A stretch of 64,000 nucleotides of DNA from contig NC_092345.1 of assembly GCF_963676685.1 (NCBI RefSeq), positions 105,214,001 to 105,278,000 on the forward strand, given 5' to 3'. The stretch is from Mytilus edulis (lineage: Eukaryota). The notes under the pieces are model-generated. The model was not told the origin of the DNA, made no database searches, and saw only the letters and a list, made by a program, of their open reading frames with translations. Shown here in pieces: positions 36,601-45,600 of the stretch. How positions within the stretch are numbered: the stretch's first letter is position 1; every line of letters begins with the position of its first letter. Both the position numbers and the translations under genes were made by a program.

Positions 36601-39600
36601 TTTTGAAGACTTTAGTTATACGTGTACTGATAAAAAAAAATATCTTTCAGTTCCAGTACATTTAAGTTTTGTAACTTGATATGGTAAAAAAACCTGCACT
36701 GAATGATCAAGAATTGAGAATACCTGTTATGTGTGTACACAATAAATGAATGTAAAATTTCATTTTATAAGTGAAATAACACAGGTTTGAACATTGTTTT
36801 CAATTTAGACTTGTATAATACTATATAATGAAATTCGAAAACTGAGTGATTTTAAAACTGGAAATACAAATAGTGAATCCATGAATAAAGCTGTAACATA
36901 TCGGGGAATTACAATTGGTACTAGAGAAAGTTGAAAGTTACCTTTGCCTAAAAAAAAAAAAAATACAAATGTTCTTGTACATAATGGTGATTCTGATTAT
37001 TTATTTCTATATTTAATAGTATAGTAAATAACTGACATTCCTGGCCAGCTATTCTGCTCTATTCTTCTATTCTTCTAAAATAAGTTGCAAGAGCTGATTG
37101 AAAAAAGGCATAATATAATTTGTCTTTGTTGAATCTGAGTATAGAAGATCATAGAAAGGTTTCTTTTTGCAAAGCATTTATTTTAGCATTGAAAAGTATT
37201 TTTTTTTGCAATTTTTTTTTTTTTTTTGCAAAGTTTCTAAAACAAAATAGTGACATTTATTCTTGGAGTATGAATCAAAAATTTCATATCTAATTTGTTT
37301 GATAATCGCTCTTATCAAAATTAAACAGTGTTTTGAATTTTAACAACGTATCTGTGGTTCCATATATTATTGTACATCGAAAAAGAGTAGTCGTTCGTCG
37401 ATTGACAGAGTTGTCTTTTCATCAGTACAAATGGCGGTCGTAAACGGAAAGTCAAAACGGTCAAAAATGAAAGATAAAAAGCTTCGAACTTGCCATAAAC
37501 GATGTTTGAATGACCAAATCGATTGATAAGATAAATGAGAAGACTCGGTAATAGCGATTTGCCGGATATTATACGTTTTAAATGCATTTTACACGTATTC
37601 AGTATCGAAATTTTGGCAACATTGAGCAAACAAGGTAACAAAATCAAACTTTCAAACATCATAAGGACTTTATTATTCGTTTCAATTTGATAAGACATAG
37701 AAAATATTAAACATAGTAATCTATTCAACTTCCGTATCAGTTTTTTTTGCAATCTGTGCCGTGGTTTTCCAGTTGCAGCACGTTTTTCAAGTTGCAACTT
37801 TTCTTGAAGCACCGATCACGAAATTAATTCAGGCTGGGGAATCTGAGCGTGCAAATTTGCCTCGGCCACAGAAACCCGCGGAAAAAATAAATTCAGTAGT
37901 GAAAGTGTTAAAAGGTAAAAACAAGTAAAAGGATTGAACATAAACAACTTTCCTGTAATGTTCTTCTCATAATCTTCATGTTTGATATTTCCCTTGACCT
38001 ATATGCGTTTTTTTAACAACACGGAAAATCAGAATACACCTTATCGCTATTCCCGGCTGACCCGTCCGCTTGAACTTTTGACGTCAACAACAATCACTTT
38101 TCCATTGTGGCGTCAGACATTTTGTTTTATGACGTCAACATTTTACGGGAACCTGTGTGATTTCCAGCAATGGCGGACAAATAGCGATAAGGTGTATTAA
38201 GGAGGCTCGCGGGTATAAGATTTTCCGAAAAAAAATAAACTTTAATTTTTCATTACAAATTTTATTCCCTTCCTTAAGTAGTTGTTACTTTATCATATGA
38301 TCCAAAATTCAATCCGAAAAATCAATTCGTGTTGGCCCCGGGTGACTTTTAAAGTGTTGATATCACCGAAAAAGCTCCAAATTATCTCCCTTTGGTGCAA
38401 AAATGCCATTTTTTGGTATTAAAATTGAAATATCTTTGTTAAATCATCGGTGACCTATATTTTTTATTGTTGTTTTCGAAAAAGCTGTACATGAACTAAA
38501 TAATTGTAAAATTTAAGCGATTTCTGTAATTTAGTTCTTTTTTTATTTCGATATTACCGATATTTCTCCTATTAGTTCAACAGAAAAAAAGGACATTAAC
38601 AAAAATGTATGCTTCTTTCGAAGGCAGATAGTGAGCGTAAATGAACGGTGACCCCATTTTTTTATTTCATTTTTCTATTAAGAATAAGTTAAAGTTCGTT
38701 TATAGAAAAATATAGGTATATCCTATATTAAATAAAAAAAAAATGATTTAGACCCGCGAGCCCCCTTAAGCAGTATTTATATTTAGTGTTTTTATAAATT
38801 TAGAAACACGTCAGAGGGAATTCCCCAGTTTTGATAAATGCGAGAGTTCTCTGAATTCCGATAATTCTATTTCTGTCATGTAAGAACTGAAGTGGAGTTT
38901 TTCCATATTTTACCGGTATGAAACTGAAATTTGATACTGTACTCTCATTAAGAAATGGAGAACCATTCATCATATCATTTAATAAACATTCTTGTTCCAA
39001 GTCGCAAGTCGCGGGTTTGTTTATGTATTAATGCGCATGCGTATTGTTTTCTTGATTTCAAGAGGTATCAGATTGAGTGGTTGCTCTGGATTCCATGCTT
39101 CATTGATTAATTTGAAACTCATGGGATTCTTTCTATGTCTGTCTGCTATTGAGGATTATTGTTGTTGCATAATTTTAAATCATATGCATCATTTAAATTA
39201 AAATAAATGTAGTGTTTACCTATAACACCCCTTCAGCCGAAATGGAGTCTTCCATATTATTGTTTCGAGTTGTCTCCCTCCCGGAAGTATTTTCTGTCAA
39301 AATCGAAATACAATACGACTCGTCAAGAAAAATTAACTCGCTAGATGTCGATAAACGTCGTATTATATTGAGAACAATCTCAATTTAAACAGAGGAGTGT
39401 GTACAGAAAGGAGTCATGCCCATGGTCCCAAAGGAAGTTAATATTTAAAGAGTTAGAAATGGGGTTCCTCCTAGAATTAACGGTGATAAGATACGAAGTG
39501 AAATACCTTCTCTCACTATCGGTGACTGCTGTGGAAAGTAAACATAGAATTGATAGTACAAAAATAAAACACAATACGTACATTGCTCATACACTTGTAT

Positions 39601-42600
39601 CCGGGATTGGCTATTTTTAAAGTTGAGTGACTATTCAGATTATTACATTTTGCATATGCAGTTGAATTAGTTTTGAAAATAATACTATCCAGCTGTACCA
39701 GGGCTGCCAAAAATGCGTGAGACTCATGCATGTTCATGCTTATTTGCGGCAGTATCCTTGGATCTATTTTTTTCCCTCTTTGATCTTTTCAATTTTGGCC
39801 AAATCTCAGGCATTTGCTTAATGAAAAGTTGACAGAACTGCTATACATGTGTCAATGAAAACTATGGCAATCATATCCCTCAGAGCATTCTGCTCTTTGA
39901 TTTCCCTTCTTTATTTAAAATTTTATAAGATAGAAATGCACTGTACAAAATAGAAACTTCTAGTATCTCTTTGTTTTCTTGTAAAATATTAACATATTGA
40001 CAGCTTCAGACTACACTGAAATGTAACACAGATTGTCTATATTATGTGAAACAGCTGAGACATGTGTTATAATAACTACATATGTCTCACCTGTGTCATA
40101 TTTTATGATGGGGGAAACAAGAATCAATGAGGAATTAAAATAGATACATATAGTTTTGAGAAATGATATACACTTTAAAATGTGTAGTGAACCAACACTA
40201 ACAGCAGAGACAGAGGAAAAAATATATGACAAGTCTTACTCTCCAATAATGTTTCTTTTCACAAGTCATCCTGTCATTCTTAATTCTATATAGTACTGTT
40301 TACTTTATGTATACATATATTTCTATTTATTAGCTAATTTATAATGTCTGTAGTGAGAGATATTTTATCACACTAGATGCAGTGGTAGAATATAAATGTA
40401 TATATTATTATACAGATTTTATTTGTTTTACAGACCATCTTATCCCTGATAATCTTGACTGTGTGTAGTGCAATAAACATTGTCTGTCTAATATTAAAAC
40501 AAAGGAATTCATCAGCGTATTTGAAATTACGAGAACATAAGAATGGTGACATATTAAACAGTAAGAGAAAGAAAAATGATGGAATGAAGGACGACAGTCG
40601 CTGTAGGTTGTTAGGAAGGAGAGACAGTAATGAAGAAGATTATAGATCTATTAATGACTGTAACAATTGTGATAATTCATGTGAAGGTAAATACTGTTCA
40701 GAAAGGATGTTTAAGATAAGATTTGAATCAATCCAAAAAACAACAATAGATTTAGAAATAGGTTTTACTAATCACTTTGTGCAAAAAATATAGAATACAG
40801 AATAACAATGAAACCTGTAAAAGCATATATTATATTTTCATTTCCAGTCCCATTTCACTGAAGATTTCTTTGTTCTGTTAGATTAAATTAAATAGATTGC
40901 TTAATCAATCGTGAAAGAAAAGATATTTGTTTTTTTGTTTTAGTTCAAAGGTTAGGTTGAAAAGATTTCTGTAGACTGTATAATTTTAAAGATGATACTT
41001 ACACAATGTGATCCTTTGATATAACCTTTAAAGGTAATTTTGAAAGTAAAACTTGAATAATATGCTCTTTTGTATAATTTGTTTGTCTCCTGCCATTATT
41101 TATATTTCTTTATAGGAGTAGGTAGAACCAGTATTGAAGATATAGTGCCTTTCCCTAAAGAGACAGAAAGTCTGATATCTGACACGTCCAGTACTACTAG
41201 TGACAGCCTAACAGAGACGTATGAAGTAGAGCAGTGTGTGTATGGCACTTGTGGTATAGAGCAGAGACGTAGGTGTGCGGGTCTACTCAGGAAGTATAAT
41301 ACATCTGTCGTAGCGATACCGGATGAAGATTCTGTAGGCAGCAATCGATCAAGGAAAGTTAAAGATGATTTCCAAAGTAACAGATTTATGTTGATGTTGG
41401 TTCTCTGTCAAGTTTCTATGTTTATGGTAAGTGTCAAGTTTCTATGTTTATGGTAAGTGTCAAGTCTCTATGTGTATGTTAAGTGTCAAGTTTCTATGTG
41501 TATGGTAAGTGTCAAGTTTCTATGTGTATGGTAAGTGTCAAGTCTCTATGTTTATGGTAAGTGTCAAGTTTCTATGTTTATGGTAAGTGTCAAGTTTCTA
41601 TGTTTATGGTAAGTGTCAAGTTTCTATGTATATGGTAAGTGTCAAGTTTCTATGTTTATGGTAAGTGGCAGCAGTTGATGTTGATGTTGGTTCTCTGTCA
41701 AGTTTCTATGTTTATGGTAAGTGGCAGCAGTTGATGTTGATTCTCTGTCAAGTTTCTATGTTTATGGTAAGTGGCAGCAGTTGGTGTTGATGTTGGTTCT
41801 CTGTCAAGTTTCTATGTTTATGGTAAGTGGAAGCAGTTGATGTTGATGTTGGTACTATGTCAAGTTTCTATGTTTATGGTAAGTGTCAAGTTTCTATGTT
41901 TATGGTAAGTGTCAAGTTTCTATGTATATGGTAAGTGTCAAGTTTCTATGTTTATGGTAAGTGTCAAGTTTCTATGTTTATGGTAAGTGTCAAGTTTCTA
42001 TGTTTATGGTAAGTGGCAGCAGTTGATGTTGATGTTGGTTCTCGGTCAAGTTTCTATGTTTATGGTAAGTGGCAGCAGTTGGCAGGGTTTCCCCTGGGTC
42101 AATTATTTTTTTCGCCACCTCTTTCGCCAAAACAATATATTTTTCGCCACTTGATTATTTTTTTCGCCAAGTGACATAAATATATTTTTCGTTTAAAATT
42201 TACCTTTTTTCTAACCCCCCCCCTTTTTCCCCCACTACTTCCCTTTAAAAAGATGATTTCGCGCCATTGTATCTATGATTATTCTCTCAAACTTATTTTA
42301 GAGTCTACATTTTAATGAATAAACACTAAGCATTTACTTTAAAACAACAGATTTTTTTAACTTAAAAGGGAAAAACATTCATAGTATTTTAAACAGCTTT
42401 TCTAAATGAGGGGGCCACTATACTTTAAATAATAAAGAAGATATAAGTCCTGGAATATAACAAAATTCATGGACATGTTTTGATCATATAATACCATTAT
42501 ACTTCGTTGGGAAAGTTGATTTCTCATTTCATGTGTAGTCATTACATTGAAGGGTTACTCTCATTCGAGGGATTGTTCCCAACCTTTTGGACAGTTTTCT

Positions 42601-45600
42601 TTTCTTGACCATCGTAAATGAAAAAGTTGAGACGTAATTTTATGCTTGAAACACGTGTGTCACTCAAACGACTTTACAGTAGACTCCCTAAGCAATTACC
42701 TATATTAAAGTCAAAGGATAATTAAAGTTTTAAATCAGAGATTTTCTTGCTTTTGAACATTTTTCGTCACAACAACAGCTTTCTTTTCTAAACTATCGTT
42801 AAAAGGAGAGGTGACGTCAAAAGTTAGCTCCAAACACGTGCGTCGCAAAGTGTGAATAAATTATGTATGTGACATTTAGCGGAAGCCATTTAACCATATC
42901 ATTTTTTCAAACAATACAATCAACACCTTTATTAATTAGTCCTTTGTTGTCGATAGCTATAAAATGCAATCAGCTGATTATTGATTTTCTGTCCAAATCT
43001 TATTGAGGTCAAGGTGAACTCCGAGTATTGTCTGATCGAGTAAAGTCCGAGAAACTCGGAAAAAAGTAAATAAACAAGATGTAGGAAATAAATCGTTATA
43101 AATATTTCTTTCGCCAAATTCTTTCACAAATGACAATTTTTTATCGCCACAATTATTATTTTTTCGCAAATTGCGAAAATGGCGACCGCCAGCGGAAACC
43201 CTGGCAGTTGGTGTTGATGTTGGTTCTCTGTCAAGTTTCTATGTTTATGGTAAGTGGCAGCAGTTGATGTTGATGTTGGTTCTATGTCAAGTTTCTATGT
43301 TTATGGTAAGTGGCAACAGTTGATGTTGATGTTGGTACTATGTCAAGTTTCTATGTTTATGGTAAGTGTCAAGTTTCTATGTATATGGTAAGTGTCAAGT
43401 TTCTATGTTTATGGTAAGTGGCAGCAGTTGATGTTGATGTTGGTTCTCTGTTAAGTTTCTATGTTTATGGTAAGTGGCAGCAATTAAGGTTGATGTTGGT
43501 TCTCTGTCAAGTTTCTATGTTTATGGTAAGTGGCAGCAGTTGGTGTTGATGTTGGTTCTCTGTCAAGTTTCTATATTTATGGTAAGTGGCAGCAGTTGAT
43601 GTTGGTACTATGTCAAGTTTCTATGTTTATGGTAAGTGTCAAGTTTCTATGTTTATGGTAAGTGTCAAGTTTCTATGTATATGGTAAGTGTCAAGTTTCT
43701 ATGTTTATGGTAAGTGTCAAGTTTCTATGTTTATGGTAAGTGTCAGCAGTTGATGTTGATGTTGGTTCTTTGTCAAGTTTCTATGTTTATGGTAAGTGTC
43801 AAATTTCTATGTTTATGGTAAGTGTCAAGTTTCTATGTTTATGGTAAGTGTCAGCAGTTGATGTTGATGTTGGTTCTCTGTCAAGTTTCTATGTTTATGG
43901 TAAGTGTCAAGTTTCTATATTTATGGTAAGTGTCAAGTTTCTATGTTTATGGTAAGTGTCAGCAGTTGATGTTGATGTTGGTTCTCTGTCAAGTTTCAAT
44001 GTTTATGGTAAGTGTCAGCAGTTGATGTTGATGTTGGTTCTCTGTCAAGTTTCTATGTTTATGGTAAGTGTCAGCAGTTGATGTTGATGTTGGTTCTCTG
44101 TCAAGTTTCTATGTTTATGGTAAGTGGCAGCAGTTGATGTTGGTTCTCTGTCAAGTTTCTGTGTTTATGGTAAGTGTCAAGTTTCTATGTTTATGGTAAG
44201 TGTCAAGTTTCTATGTTTATGGTAAGTGGCAGCAGTTGATGTTGATGTTGGTTCTCTGTCAAGTTTCTATGTTTATGGTAAGTGGCAGCAATTGATGTTG
44301 ATGTTGGTTCTCTGTCAAGTTTCTATGTTTATGGTAAGTGTCAGCAGTTGATGTTGATGTTGGTTCTCTGTCAAGTTTCAATGTTTATGGTAAGTGTCAG
44401 CAGTTGATGTTGATGTTGGTTCTCTGTCAAGTTTCTATGTTTATGGTAAGTGGAAGCAGTTGATGTTGATGTTGGTTCTCTGTCAAGTTTCTATGTTTAT
44501 GGTAAGTGGCAGCAGTTGATGTTGATGTTGGTTCTCTGTCAAGGTTCTGTGTTTATGGTAAGTGGCAGCAGTTGATGTTGATGTTGGTTCTCTGTCAAGT
44601 TTCTGTGTTTATGGTAAGTCAGCAATTATTTGTAGTCCGCTTGAGATTTCCAGATACGTCTGTTCTGTTTTGGGGGGCTTTGGCATAAGAGACAAAATAC
44701 TGGATTGACAATGACAAGATAGAAAATATGGTGTTTTTTTTACTATTTCAGTAAATATCAGCTTCTCTTCTGATATCTCAATTCACATCAATTTCAATTT
44801 TTCACCAAATCCAATTTTAACAGAGTGCATGCTAGAACAAAGAAAATGTTGTCATGTTTGTTGTAACAAATATTATTAATATATTAATATTTTATTTTTT
44901 GTAGGGACTTTTTTTGTGTACATGGAGACTGTTTAATAAAGTTACAACAGGAACATACGTAGAAGTAGAATTCCTTGACGGTGTGATGAACTATGGTCAG
45001 GTAAGTCTGTTTGATAGTTTGCTGTCTCATGGTCATGTAGCCTCTCTTTTAATTCATATAAAATTCATGTTTCATACATTAGTTAACTACTGATTCTACA
45101 GATGAACTGAGTGTTATATACATGTACAATTTTTCTCTAGTCAAGACTTTGTCTTTCTTTTTCAATGATTGCAAAAAAGATGATTTCTTTTAATGTGATT
45201 TCATCTGGCATGATTGCTCTTTTTAAGATGTCATGCTAACATATTTAGAGGAACACCAAAAAAATGAACTCAAACAAACCAGTCCACATGTTGATTATAA
45301 AAAGACAACCAATTGTTTTAAAAATGTTTAAAAAGACTAAAAGTTAGAAAAGTTCACTTATATTGTAAATTGAGAAATGTCATATTGAAAAACAAGGAAA
45401 ATGAGACAGGATTATTATTACATTGGTTAGAATTTTTGTTTCTGAATGCAGTATTTGTATGCAGTGTTTCATAAAAATACATGAAATAAATCTTTCATAT
45501 ATGCTTATTTTTTGTACAGTTGCATTAACATCTACATGCACAAATTACAAAAAATTTGAGCATCAAGTTGGTATTTATAAAAGTATTAAACTATTAAAAA

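Larger units (their letters stand above)
33951..37907 (+). mobile_element. piggyBac DNA transposon, apparently full length (~3.96 kb), in GPR155 intron 8
   Basis: TTAA at 33947..33950 and 37908..37911. Left end CCCTTTCGCGGC, right end (revcomp) CACTTTCACTAC (8/12 identical). Palindromic sub-terminal repeats at the left end; encloses the transposase ORF. Confidence 0.85.

Noticed and set aside
37321-37812. 163-aa minus-strand ORF inside the piggyBac right arm
   Set aside because: Non-ATG start, no recognisable domain or coding-like composition.
38800-39200. Possible coding remnant on the minus strand next to promoter-like motifs
   Set aside because: Short, interrupted and without a recognisable motif; may be a decayed TE but cannot be supported.
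44506-44688. ORF containing LMLMLVLCQVSVFM as a GPR155 paralogue or standard exon
   Set aside because: It is the terminal units of the donor array; the gene model closes in phase without it.
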